A stretch of DNA of 64,000 nucleotides from positions 64,001 through 128,000 of the forward strand of contig JBNKHE010000009.1 in the NCBI GenBank assembly GCA_050290185.1, written 5' to 3'. Positions within the stretch are counted from its first letter, which is position 1; every line of letters starts with the position of its first letter. This document shows positions 50,083 through 60,089 of this stretch, piece by piece. The stretch is from Pontiella sp. Lineage in GTDB: Bacteria > Verrucomicrobiota > Kiritimatiellia > Kiritimatiellales > Pontiellaceae. The translations under genes and the position numbers were made by a program. Below the pieces are notes generated by a model. It saw only the letters and a program-made list of their open reading frames with translations. It ran no database searches and was not told where the DNA came from.

Positions 50083-51238
50083 TAGAATCAGTTTCTACAC
50101 CTCGCACTACTTTGTAGATCTCAAGACGCTCGCGGATGCGCGGATGGTTGAGTCGGACAAATATTATGTGGGCATCGGCCAGGAAACCATGGGGATTCCT
50201 TCGCCCGACGAAGATGTGGTCACTCTTGGAGCCAGCGCAGCCTGGCCCTTGATGCAGGATGGTGATTTAGAGGATGTCGAGCTCCTGCTGTTTGCGACGG
50301 AAAGTGGCATCGATCAATCCAAGGCGGCAGGTATCTATGTGCACGGGTTGCTGGAAATGGCACCGCGTTGCCGGGTGGTTGAGCTGAAGCAGGCCTGCTA
50401 CAGCGGCACCGCCGCGCTGCAGCTGGCCATTGGTTTTGTGGCACGCAATCCCGGCAAGAAGGCATTGGTGGTCGCTTCGGACATTGCCCGCTACGAGCTG
50501 GGCAGTCCCGGCGAAGCCACGCAGGGCTGCGGTGCCGTGGCCATGCTGATTTCCGCCGACCCCCGGCTGGTGGCGATTGATCCCGAGTGCGGTTACTATA
50601 CCGAGGATGTGATGGATTTCTGGCGACCCAACTATCGCTCCGAAGCCCTGGTGGACGGCAAGTATTCCACCATGGTCTATATCCACGCGTTGATTGAGTC
50701 GTGGAAACAGTATGCGGAGCAGACCGGACTTTCCCTCTCCGATTTTGACCGTTTCTGCTATCACATTCCCTTTACTAAAATGGCGGAAAAGGCACACCAG
50801 AAACTCTGCCGGAAATTCAAGGTCGAGATCGACAAGACGCAGATGCAATCCCTCCTTGAGGAATCGTTGCGCTACAGCCGCATTACGGGCAACTGCTACG
50901 CCGGTTCGATGTATGTTGGACTGGCCTCACTCCTGGATACGGCGGAGGAGGATCTGGCGGGTAAGCGGATTGGGTTCTACAGCTATGGATCCGGCTGCGT
51001 CGGGGAGTTTTTCAGCGGTGTGGTCCAGCCCGGATACCGCGATTTTCTCTATGCCGAACAGCACCGGAATATGCTGGATAACCGCACTGAACTGACGTAT
51101 CAACAATACGAAGATATCTTTAATTACGGGGTGCCGACCGATGGCGGGGAATATGTTTTCCCGCAATACAAGACCGGGCCGTTTCGGTTTTCGGGAATCA
51201 GTCAGCATAAACGCGAATACGAATCGTTGGTGGAGTAG
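50066..51238 (+). CDS. mvaS: Hydroxymethylglutaryl-CoA synthase
   Basis: IGID, ATESGIDQSKA, KQACYSGT, GEATQG, DFWRPNY, HIPF, GNCYAGSMY, SYGSG. Confidence 0.95.
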   Translation: MKIGIDRISFYTSHYFVDLKTLADARMVESDKYYVGIGQETMGIPSPDEDVVTLGASAAWPLMQDGDLEDVELLLFATESGIDQSKAAGIYVHGLLEMAPRCRVVELKQACYSGTAALQLAIGFVARNPGKKALVVASDIARYELGSPGEATQGCGAVAMLISADPRLVAIDPECGYYTEDVMDFWRPNYRSEALVDGKYSTMVYIHALIESWKQYAEQTGLSLSDFDRFCYHIPFTKMAEKAHQKLCRKFKVEIDKTQMQSLLEESLRYSRITGNCYAGSMYVGLASLLDTAEEDLAGKRIGFYSYGSGCVGEFFSGVVQPGYRDFLYAEQHRNMLDNRTELTYQQYEDIFNYGVPTDGGEYVFPQYKTGPFRFSGISQHKREYESLVE

Positions 51239-51241
51239 CTC

Positions 51242-52246
51242 ATGAAAGCGGTGGCGCCGGGAAAATTGATCCTCAGCGGCGAGCATGCGGTGGTTTACGG
51301 GAAACCGGCCATTGCCATGGCGATCGATCGCAATGCGGTCTTCGAGCTCACGCCGCAAGCCGGCGACCGGATTTCCTTTGATCTACCCGGAGACGCCGAC
51401 AGCGAATCGTTTACCCTGATGGCCCTGCGCGATTTCAAGCGACGTGTCGAAAAGAAATACCGTGAATTCCTGACGGGCGACATCGGCATAGGCTACGTGC
51501 TTGCTGCGCCGGCCGATCTTTTTCGCTTTGCATTCATCAACACGCTCGACGGTCTGCACCGGACGCTCGACTCAGGCATGGTGCTCAAACTGCGTTCCAG
51601 CATTCCCATGGGTTGCGGAATGGGGTCTTCTGCCGCTACCGTGTTGAGCGAGATCCGTGCCATGGGCCACTTTCTCCGCGTCGATTTCAAGCCCGAGTGG
51701 TATTATGAATACAGTCTTGAAGCCGAAAAGCTTCAGCATGGAAATCCCAGCGGGGTCGACTCCTACATTTCGCTCCACGGCGGTTGCGCCCGTTTCGAGC
51801 AGGGGCAGGCCCGTTCCATGGCTTTGCCGCGCATGAAGATGTTCATGGTGCAGACCGGGATTCCTGAATCAACCACCGGCGAATGCGTCATGGAGGTGGA
51901 GCGCAAGTTCCGCTCCAGCGCGATCTGGAGCGAATTTGAAGATGTGACTAACGCTTTCGAAGATGCGATTCGTAATAATAATGTTCAGAAACTCCATTGG
52001 CTGATCCGCGAGAACAATCGGCTGCTTTCCGCCATTGGCGTTGTACCACCTTCCGTCCAACGGTTTATTGCCGATATCGAAAAATGGGGCGGATCCGCCA
52101 AGGTGTGCGGGGCAGGCTCCGTAACGGGCGAAAAGGGCGGTATTGTCCTTGTGGTTTCCGACCAGCAGCCGACCGAAATCTGTCAACGATACGGATATCC
52201 CGTTTCGCCTGTGCGCGGTGATCCGCTCGGTACCCGAATCATTTAA
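51242..52246 (+). CDS. mvk: Mevalonate kinase (GHMP family)
   Basis: APGKLILSGEHAVVYG, PMGCGMGSSAA, HGNPSGVD, AKVCGAG. Confidence 0.85.
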   Translation: MKAVAPGKLILSGEHAVVYGKPAIAMAIDRNAVFELTPQAGDRISFDLPGDADSESFTLMALRDFKRRVEKKYREFLTGDIGIGYVLAAPADLFRFAFINTLDGLHRTLDSGMVLKLRSSIPMGCGMGSSAATVLSEIRAMGHFLRVDFKPEWYYEYSLEAEKLQHGNPSGVDSYISLHGGCARFEQGQARSMALPRMKMFMVQTGIPESTTGECVMEVERKFRSSAIWSEFEDVTNAFEDAIRNNNVQKLHWLIRENNRLLSAIGVVPPSVQRFIADIEKWGGSAKVCGAGSVTGEKGGIVLVVSDQQPTEICQRYGYPVSPVRGDPLGTRII

Positions 52247-52249
52247 CCC

Positions 52250-53182
52250 ATGGCCGACGTTGCCGCCATCACCGTTTCCGCACCCGGCAGCCTCATGTTG
52301 CTTGGAGAGCATGCCGTATTGCATGGCCATCGGGCTTTGGTGTGCGCGATCAACCGTCGCATAACCGTTCGTCTTTCCCCCTTGGAGGAGGATGAGGTGC
52401 AGATTGTTTCCGGGCTGGGAAACTATGAAAGCCCTCTGATGGAGTTGGTTGATCACCCGGCTCTCCGTTTCGTCATACAGGCCGTTCGGCAGCATGTCGA
52501 CCAGCTTCCCTCCGGGTTCGAATTGCGGATCGAATCCGAATTTTCAGCGGATATTGGCTTTGGTTCCTCTGCGGCGGTCACGGTGGCCACCCATGCCGCA
52601 ATTTTCAACTGGCTTCTCGGTGAGCCGCCGGAAAACGAACTGCTTTTCCACCAGGCATTGAAAACCGTTCATGCCGTCCAGGGCAGGGGATCGGGAGCCG
52701 ACCTAGCGGCCAGTGTATTCGGCGGGATCGTGAATTATACCACGGCGCCAACATTCCAGCCCATCGCGATTTCCATGCCGCTCAGCGCCGTGTATTGCGG
52801 CTATAAGACACCGACGCCAGAGGTGATTCTTAAGGTGGAACAGTTGCGGGCCGATAATGCGGACACGTATGAACGGATCTTTGCGGAGATGGATCGCGGT
52901 GCGGCGAATGCAATGGAATGTCTCCGCAATCACGATCTGCCCGGCTTCGGCAGGATTCTGAACCGCAACCAGCAACTGATGGATGAAATGGGAGTCAACA
53001 CACCGGAACTACAGGAAATCGTCGACGCTCTGCACGCCTGCCCGGATGTCTTCGGCGCGAAGATTTCCGGGTCGGGGATGGGGGATTGCGCTATCGGAAT
53101 CGGCTATGCCGACTTGAAGGATCTCGGCTATCCGGTCTACCATCTCGAAATTTCACCGAATGGATGCGAATACCATGACTGA
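52250..53182 (+). CDS. Second GHMP kinase, probable phosphomevalonate kinase
   Basis: SAPGSLMLLGEHAV, GFGSSAAVTVA, VQGRGSGADLAAS..GG, KISGSGMGDC; operon position. Confidence 0.75.
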   Translation: MADVAAITVSAPGSLMLLGEHAVLHGHRALVCAINRRITVRLSPLEEDEVQIVSGLGNYESPLMELVDHPALRFVIQAVRQHVDQLPSGFELRIESEFSADIGFGSSAAVTVATHAAIFNWLLGEPPENELLFHQALKTVHAVQGRGSGADLAASVFGGIVNYTTAPTFQPIAISMPLSAVYCGYKTPTPEVILKVEQLRADNADTYERIFAEMDRGAANAMECLRNHDLPGFGRILNRNQQLMDEMGVNTPELQEIVDALHACPDVFGAKISGSGMGDCAIGIGYADLKDLGYPVYHLEISPNGCEYHD

Positions 53183-53984
53183 GCAAAGTCTGAAAGAGCG
53201 TTTCTACGTCGTCATCTTCGAAGCCGACACCCCCGCGGGAAAGCTGTTCGATGTCCTGTTGTTCATGGCGATCATAATCAGCGTTGCTCTGACCATGCTG
53301 CAGAGCGTCAATCCAATCCGGGCCAGTCATGGAACGCTTCTCTTCGCTTTGAACGCCGGTTTCACGGGACTGTTTACGATCGAGTATTCCCTGCGGCTGT
53401 GGTGTGCCAGGAACACGGTCCGCTACGCCCGCAGTTTTTTCGGCGTGGTCGATCTGCTGGCGGTCCTGCCGTACTATATCGGCCTGATGATTCCCGGCAC
53501 GCGTTTCCTTGATGTCGTCAAGGTGCTGCGGATGCTGCGGATCTTCCGGGTGCTGAAAATGACGCAGTACGTGGGGGATGCGGACCTGCTGATGAATGCG
53601 TTGGCCTCGAGCCGTCGCAAGATCGGCATATTCCTCGTGGCCGTCATGACCATTGTGGTGATTGTCGGTTCGCTGATGTATGTGATTGAAGGGGAGGAGC
53701 ATGGTTTTACCAGCATACCTTGTGCGGTGTACTGGGCCATTGTAACGCTCACCACGGTCGGTTACGGCGATATTTCGCCGCAGACACCGGTCGGCCAGTC
53801 GCTGGCGGCTTTGATCATGATTCTCGGCTACAGCATCATCGCGGTGCCCACCGGAATCATAACCGCCGAGCTGGGTCTGGAAACGGCCCAACGCAAAAAT
53901 AACCGAACATGCAGTGCCTGCGGGCATTCACAGCACGACATCGACGCTTTGTGTTGCAAGCAGTGCGGAACCAAGCTGGGCTAG
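53175..53984 (+). CDS. Voltage-gated K+ channel family ion transporter with C-terminal Zn-ribbon
   Basis: S4 LRMLRIFRVLK, filter TTVGYGD, CSAC...C.QC. Confidence 0.92.
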   Translation: MTEQSLKERFYVVIFEADTPAGKLFDVLLFMAIIISVALTMLQSVNPIRASHGTLLFALNAGFTGLFTIEYSLRLWCARNTVRYARSFFGVVDLLAVLPYYIGLMIPGTRFLDVVKVLRMLRIFRVLKMTQYVGDADLLMNALASSRRKIGIFLVAVMTIVVIVGSLMYVIEGEEHGFTSIPCAVYWAIVTLTTVGYGDISPQTPVGQSLAALIMILGYSIIAVPTGIITAELGLETAQRKNNRTCSACGHSQHDIDALCCKQCGTKLG

Positions 53985-54934
53985 GCCGTTTTTTGGATCC
54001 GGCGGCGCAACCGCCAGCCTTCCATCGAAAATGCAATGCGGTCGAGCAGCGGAGCGCACAGGTTGCCGAGCAGGACGGCGTAGACGATCGCTTCGGTATA
54101 GTAGGTGAAGTGCCGGATCAGCGCATTGCTCACCCCCATGATGATGCCGCATGCGATTTTCCCGCTCTTGCTCATCGGTGTGGAGACCGGGTCGGACACA
54201 ATAAAGACCGCGCTGAATACCGTGGCGGCGGACAAGAGATTGAAGAGCGGCGAGTTACCGCACAAGGTCGTCGTGATCGCGAAGGACAATAAAAAGGCGG
54301 CCGGCGCCCGCCACGCCACGATGCCTTTCCAGCAGAGTACGATGCCGATCAGCAGGAGAATGACGGGAAAAGTTTCGCCGGGGCTGCCAGGCACCATTTG
54401 AAAGAGATCCTCCCAGGTTCCTTCAATAGGTCCAAACAGGAGGGTGGACCAATCGAGGGCATAGCCTTCTCCGCGGTAGAGTTCCTGCGGCGTGGCAGCG
54501 GATACGACATCCACGGTTGGATTTCCCCACGAGACCATATCATTGCTGTATGCCATCATCAGGAAAAACCTGCCGGCCATGGCGGCGTTTAAGCGCAGCG
54601 TTCTTTTCCGGTTCGGCAACTTCACGAACCATACCGCGATGAGGATGGCGTAGAGCATGGGCAGGAACGGCATATGGGGGGGGGCGCTGGCGGCGAGGAG
54701 TGCGGCGGTCAACCCTGAGCTGATGCCATTGAAGCGGATCTGCCTTCGTACGACCATTGCATAGACACCTTCGGCCACCATGCCGAGCAGGGTGTAGCCG
54801 ATCATTTGAAACACGAAGGACGAATGGTAGAGGATGCTGTAGATCGTGGCGGGCACCAGCAATGCCGCGAATGCCCAGTAGGCCATGGCGGAGGAGCGCG
54901 CGCCGATGCGCAGGAAGGGGCTGGCTAAAGGCAT
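53981..54934 (-). CDS. RnfD/NqrB-like membrane subunit
   Basis: LNAAMAGR, flavinylation-type DVVSAATP, PGSPGET, SDPVSTP, YAVLLGN..APLLD. Confidence 0.88.
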   Translation of the reverse strand: MPLASPFLRIGARSSAMAYWAFAALLVPATIYSILYHSSFVFQMIGYTLLGMVAEGVYAMVVRRQIRFNGISSGLTAALLAASAPPHMPFLPMLYAILIAVWFVKLPNRKRTLRLNAAMAGRFFLMMAYSNDMVSWGNPTVDVVSAATPQELYRGEGYALDWSTLLFGPIEGTWEDLFQMVPGSPGETFPVILLLIGIVLCWKGIVAWRAPAAFLLSFAITTTLCGNSPLFNLLSAATVFSAVFIVSDPVSTPMSKSGKIACGIIMGVSNALIRHFTYYTEAIVYAVLLGNLCAPLLDRIAFSMEGWRLRRRIQKTA

Positions 54935-55953
54935 TTCTTTCCCTCCTTCAGCGTTTGGACGATGGGAATGTCCGATGGGCAGACGGCAGAACAAACGCCG
55001 CATAGGAAACATTCGGTCATTTGGGCGCGGAAGGCCTCTGACCGGGTGTTGTTTTTTGCGATGCGCTCAACCAATGAATAGGGATGCAGACCAAGCGGGC
55101 ACGACGTGTTGCAGGCCCCGCACCGTATGCAGGGCCGTTCATTCGATTCAGCCTCGGTCCGTTCCAGGATGATCAGCGACAGGGTGGTTTTTTTTACAGA
55201 ATCTCCCGGTTGAACTTCAGTGCCCATCATAAGCCCGGAGTCGGCAATAAGGTGCTTGGTTGCATCGAAGGGCAGTTTAAAGGCAGCAATGATATCTTGA
55301 ATGGGACGCCCGACCGGGACGATGATATTTCTATAAAACCGCACCGAAGGCATGGCCAGGGTCAGCGGCCGCTCGACAACCGGGACCCCGTCGATGATCG
55401 CCCGACCAATGGCGCGAAGCGATACAACGTTTTGAACGAGGTACCCCAGCTGGTAGGGGCGAATGCCTGGTGGCGGGATCTTTCCCTCGAGCTTCTTGAG
55501 AATCAGTTTTTCCGCTCCGGCGGGATAGCGGTTGGAGCAGGTAGTGATTTCAAAATCAGGATAGAGATCGCTGAGTATTGGAAGATGTTCCGGATGTCTC
55601 TGAACCGCGAGAATCACTCGTTTCGCGCCAACCGCCCTGGCGCTGGCCTTGGCGCCGGCAATGACCCATTCGTGGTGATGCAGCAGAATCGTCTGGTCGA
55701 TGGTAACGCCGGGTTCGCATTCAACGCCATTGATGACCAGCGTATGGGCCGCAGTGTTTGTGCGTATCTTGACCGAGGAGGGGAAACCACTGCCCCCCAT
55801 GCCGACCAATCCGATCTTATCGAGGAAAAGGGAGAAGGCTTCCGCATCGCTTGGTTCATAATCGGCGCAAGGTTGCTCCGGAGTGGCGAAGAGGATCTCC
55901 GGCGGATCAAAGTTCGGGAGTCCGGCCCAGTCGATTTTGATACGGCGGAGCAT
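54925..55953 (-). CDS. RnfC-like FMN/2x[4Fe-4S] subunit, N-terminally shortened
   Basis: GLVGMGGSGFP, INGVECEP, YPAGAEK, QNV, CIRCGAC...CP and CFLCGVC...CP. Confidence 0.88.
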   Translation of the reverse strand: MLRRIKIDWAGLPNFDPPEILFATPEQPCADYEPSDAEAFSLFLDKIGLVGMGGSGFPSSVKIRTNTAAHTLVINGVECEPGVTIDQTILLHHHEWVIAGAKASARAVGAKRVILAVQRHPEHLPILSDLYPDFEITTCSNRYPAGAEKLILKKLEGKIPPPGIRPYQLGYLVQNVVSLRAIGRAIIDGVPVVERPLTLAMPSVRFYRNIIVPVGRPIQDIIAAFKLPFDATKHLIADSGLMMGTEVQPGDSVKKTTLSLIILERTEAESNERPCIRCGACNTSCPLGLHPYSLVERIAKNNTRSEAFRAQMTECFLCGVCSAVCPSDIPIVQTLKEGKKCL

Positions 55954-55956
55954 GGT

Positions 55957-56466
55957 CTACGGCTTCTTGGGCCAATCGGGTTTGACGTCCATTTCAAGGG
56001 CGGTCCGGCGCGCCATGTAGTTCAGGTAGCCCGTGGTTTTGATGTGGTAACGGGTCGCCCCGCTCACGCAGTCTACCGCCGATTTTTCGGCATGCGGATC
56101 GAACGGTATATTCTTGAATTGCTTCAGGATGGATTGAACCTCCCTGCGGTCCTTCGGCTTTTTGATTTTTAAAATATCGGGGAACACCACTTCACGAAGT
56201 ACGAATCCGTTTTCCGTTTTGTCGACAATGACGATGCCGGTGATGGGCTTGAATGATTCTATCTCGCGCACGGCAATGCCTGTTTTCGGCATGCCGTCTT
56301 TATCGTATGCAATGTACATGCGCTCAATGGTACGCGAATAGGGATCGTCCGAAATCCTGACATCCAGACCTGCCGTGGCCTGTTCGATGACCGCGGCGGT
56401 TTCATCCGCATGGACTGCGGCGCACGCCGCCAGCAGAATGCAATATATGAATGTTCTAAATCGCAT
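55957..56466 (-). CDS. Secreted FMN-binding (RnfG/NqrC-like) protein
   Basis: Signal peptide ending VHA; VDCVSGAT flavinylation motif near the C-terminus. Confidence 0.75.
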   Translation of the reverse strand: MRFRTFIYCILLAACAAVHADETAAVIEQATAGLDVRISDDPYSRTIERMYIAYDKDGMPKTGIAVREIESFKPITGIVIVDKTENGFVLREVVFPDILKIKKPKDRREVQSILKQFKNIPFDPHAEKSAVDCVSGATRYHIKTTGYLNYMARRTALEMDVKPDWPKKP

Positions 56467-56500
56467 GGTGATTCTCGTATGCCCGGTTGTAATGCAATAG

Positions 56501-56530
56501 GGAACCGTCCCGCTCGAACAGGACGGTTCC
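56501..56530. terminator. Intergenic hairpin after the porin gene (partial terminator or stabiliser)
   Basis: GGAACCGTCC-N10-GGACGGTTCC perfect 10-bp stem; weak U tract on the minus strand. Confidence 0.5.
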
Positions 56531-56550
56531 GTGGTAAATAGTGGTGTATC

Positions 56551-57789
56551 CTACTGGAATATCCAGCCCATGCCGAGATTGAACTGGTTGTTTGGATCCG
56601 CTCCCGCCTCGTCGTAGCGGAACTGGTAGCCCGTTTTGAGGACAAACTGCTGGGTCAGCGGAACGTTCACGCCCACGGTCAGAACCGTGCGTTCGTTGTC
56701 TCCACTTTGGGCCGCATTGGAGGGAACCTGGTATTGCGTGTCGTATTTTTCGTAGCGCACAAACGGAATGACATCCGCCTCGGCCAGCTTGCCGCTCTTG
56801 CACAAGTCGGGCAGCACGCTCACCCCGCCTTCAAGATACCAACCCAGGATTTGGTCCGCTACATCCTGGCCGAATGCATTGTTGAGCGCTGCTGCATCGG
56901 AATTAAATCCCTGCGCCAGAACGCCTCGGCATTGAAAGCGAGAAAGATAGTACTCAAAATCGACACAATACATCCCGAAGTCGTTATCGATTCCATTTCC
57001 GCCGCCGCCATCGGCGTTGTCGGTGCCTCCGTAGTAACCGGACAGACCTAACCGAAGATCCTGATCGGCTTCGATCAGCGGATAGAAATCGATACGGCCG
57101 GTAAAGGCCGGATCACCCAATCCGCTGCGTTCTTCGGTGCGTCCGCCGCGGATGCCTTCTGCACCGTCGAACCCGGATCCATCAAGGCCTCCCACGACAT
57201 AGGCCTGATAGCTTAGCCAGCTGAAAGGGGAGCCAAACAGCCCCGCGCCTTCCGGAAACCAGGTGGTGGGGATAAGGTCATGGGTAAAGCTGGGCCGTTC
57301 CACGCCCAGAAACAGAGTCGGTTCATGATGCTGGTTGATGATGCCGATCGGCGCAAGCAGGCGCCCGACGCGAATGTTGACGGCGTCGTTCAGGAGGAAA
57401 TCAACATAGAGTTGCTCTATGGCGACTTCGCCGCCGGCCCCATCGGTTACGAATGCATGTTCGAGTTCGACCTCCGAGGTCAGTCGGATCCAATCGTTGA
57501 AGTCGTAGCCGGCATAGACCACCAATCGGTGGATGTCGAATACGCTGTTGCCATTCTCAACGAAGTTTCCGTGGATCTCTCCGTAGCCGCCCAGATGTAG
57601 CTTGTCGGCTGGCGCAACGGTACCGCCAAGATCCATTTGCTGGCCCTTGAGCGCTGCAATCTCCGCGTTGGCTTCAGCCATCTTCTTTTCGAGCACCTGG
57701 ATCCGGGCGTCATCGGCAGCGAATGCCGTTCCCGCCAACGCAACTGCGACAGCCACTGCACCAAGCGGTTTTATATTTACAAATATCAT
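56551..57789 (-). CDS. Outer-membrane beta-barrel porin with N-terminal coiled coil
   Basis: Signal peptide (AFA), coiled coil, GGYGE...DIHR...ELEHA, aromatic C-terminal strand GMGWIFQ. Confidence 0.8.
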   Translation of the reverse strand: MIFVNIKPLGAVAVAVALAGTAFAADDARIQVLEKKMAEANAEIAALKGQQMDLGGTVAPADKLHLGGYGEIHGNFVENGNSVFDIHRLVVYAGYDFNDWIRLTSEVELEHAFVTDGAGGEVAIEQLYVDFLLNDAVNIRVGRLLAPIGIINQHHEPTLFLGVERPSFTHDLIPTTWFPEGAGLFGSPFSWLSYQAYVVGGLDGSGFDGAEGIRGGRTEERSGLGDPAFTGRIDFYPLIEADQDLRLGLSGYYGGTDNADGGGGNGIDNDFGMYCVDFEYYLSRFQCRGVLAQGFNSDAAALNNAFGQDVADQILGWYLEGGVSVLPDLCKSGKLAEADVIPFVRYEKYDTQYQVPSNAAQSGDNERTVLTVGVNVPLTQQFVLKTGYQFRYDEAGADPNNQFNLGMGWIFQ

Positions 57790-57840
57790 ATCCTCGATCT
57801 CCTTGTTTTATATTGTTCCACATGAAAAGCGCAGGATAAT

Positions 57841-57888
57841 TTAGTTGCTCCTAACAAAAGTCAATCCGATTGTTTAGATTTAATCTAA
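57841..57888. promoter_or_regulatory. Two TTAG-N6/7-CTAA palindromes, candidate DtxR/MntR-family metal-repressor sites
   Basis: TTAGTTGCTCCTAA (57841) and perfect TTAGATT-T-AATCTAA (57874), flanking a minus-strand TTGACT. Confidence 0.5.
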
Positions 57889-57929
57889 TTTATGACGGGG
57901 TTTCGCTCGTAAAAACCGATGTATCAAGG

Positions 57930-57958
57930 TTGACGGGGTTTTGGGCGTTGGGTACTGT
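57930..57958 (+). promoter_or_regulatory. Sigma-70-like promoter of gap
   Basis: TTGACG-N17-TACTGT. Confidence 0.55.
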
Positions 57959-57974
57959 TCCCGCTCATTTTTAA

Positions 57975-59012
<1,038 letters not shown>

Positions 59013-59036
59013 GTATCGATCGATACACTTCGATTC

Positions 59037-59068
59037 AAAAAGCGTCCCGTTTTCGGGGCGCTTTTTTT
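59037..59068 (+). terminator. Intrinsic terminator of gap (bidirectional type)
   Basis: AAAAAGCGTCCCG-tttt-CGGGGCGC-TTTTTTT. Confidence 0.9.
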
Positions 59069-59223
59069 GTCATCTTGCGGAAGTAAAAATCCGCAGGAAG
59101 CGATTTCCGATTAGGGCACCGGTCCGGCTTCGTAGTCGAAGCTATTGTTCATTTCTTGTTTTAAATCTTATTGTGTTTCGAGAAAATCTGTAATAAATTT
59201 TATGAATAAATGGAGAATTAAAA

Positions 59224-59853
59224 ATGAAATCATTCAGGTTGAATATAGGATATGTTTGCTCGGTTGCCTTGGTGTTCTCGGTTCTTTTGCCATGTTCGCA
59301 GGCAGATGTTGTACCGATCACCGTAGCGGGATCGGGACCGGGCGGCGATGCGAGCATAACCTTCCCTGAAATCGAGTTTACCTCCACCATCAATTCTTCA
59401 GCGCCATTTTTAGCGGTAGTGATTCAGGGGGCTTCCCAAAGGGGTTCGGGAGAAAGCTGGTATGCGGAAACCACTCAAACGCTCACGTTTTCCATCAATG
59501 GTGGGGGTTCGTATGCTTTTGACTCCGTGCTTGATGGAAACGACATACAGTATCCCGCTCTTTATACAACAGCTGATACAATCATTGGTTCGATTGCGGA
59601 ACCGTTGGCCATCAGCATAGGGGATAAGATCACCATCGCCGCCGGATCCTTGTCGCTGATTCAGGCGGAACCAAACTTTATCGCTCCAAGCTCAGGCAGT
59701 TATGAAGTTTCGTTGATCGATTTCAACGCGAACGGTGGAAGTGGCGGTGTCATGGCATCATTCGCAAGTGTCATTCCTGAACCGTCAACCAGCGTCTTGC
59801 TGGTTGCCGGGTTTTTGGCCATCCTTGGTATCAGAAACAGGTTCAGTATCTAA
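59224..59853 (+). CDS. PEP-CTERM sorting-domain surface protein
   Basis: Signal peptide (SQA), C-terminal VIPEPSTSVLLVAG...LGIRNR; GGAG RBS. Confidence 0.85.
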   Translation: MKSFRLNIGYVCSVALVFSVLLPCSQADVVPITVAGSGPGGDASITFPEIEFTSTINSSAPFLAVVIQGASQRGSGESWYAETTQTLTFSINGGGSYAFDSVLDGNDIQYPALYTTADTIIGSIAEPLAISIGDKITIAAGSLSLIQAEPNFIAPSSGSYEVSLIDFNANGGSGGVMASFASVIPEPSTSVLLVAGFLAILGIRNRFSI

Positions 59854-59860
59854 AAGCCAT

Positions 59861-59926
59861 CTGGAACGACAACGCGTGGGCTACTCCTGCAAGGTGCTCG
59901 GCCTGATCAAAGTTGCCACTGGTTAG
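59861..59926 (+). pseudogene. Degenerate duplicate of the gap 3' end
   Basis: 47/55 nt match to 58946-59000 including a 1-bp deletion; reads ...GYSCKVLGLIKVATG*. Confidence 0.8.
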
Positions 59927-59950
59927 GTTCAGCTTGAAATCAGTGTTCGG

Positions 59951-59981
59951 AAAAGCGTCCCGTTCCGGGGCGCTTTTTTTT
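59951..59981 (+). terminator. Second copy of the gap terminator
   Basis: AAAAGCGTCCCG-ttc-CGGGGCGC-TTTTTTTT, same stem as at 59037. Confidence 0.88.
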
Positions 59982-60089
59982 ATGGCAGCAGGGGCGGCCG
60001 GCCCAGGGAGTGCCACGGGAAAAACGCCGAGTTTGCCTCCCGTTGGTTGGCACTTGCATTGTTGGGCGGATCCCATGTATTTTTCCGGC

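Noticed and set aside
60048..60063. Sigma-54 promoter before corA (TGGCAC-N5-TTGT)
   Set aside because: The invariant -12 GC is missing
59913..60089. N-terminal extension of corA
   Set aside because: It runs through the duplicated terminator; a start at 60090 (or 60075) is more plausible
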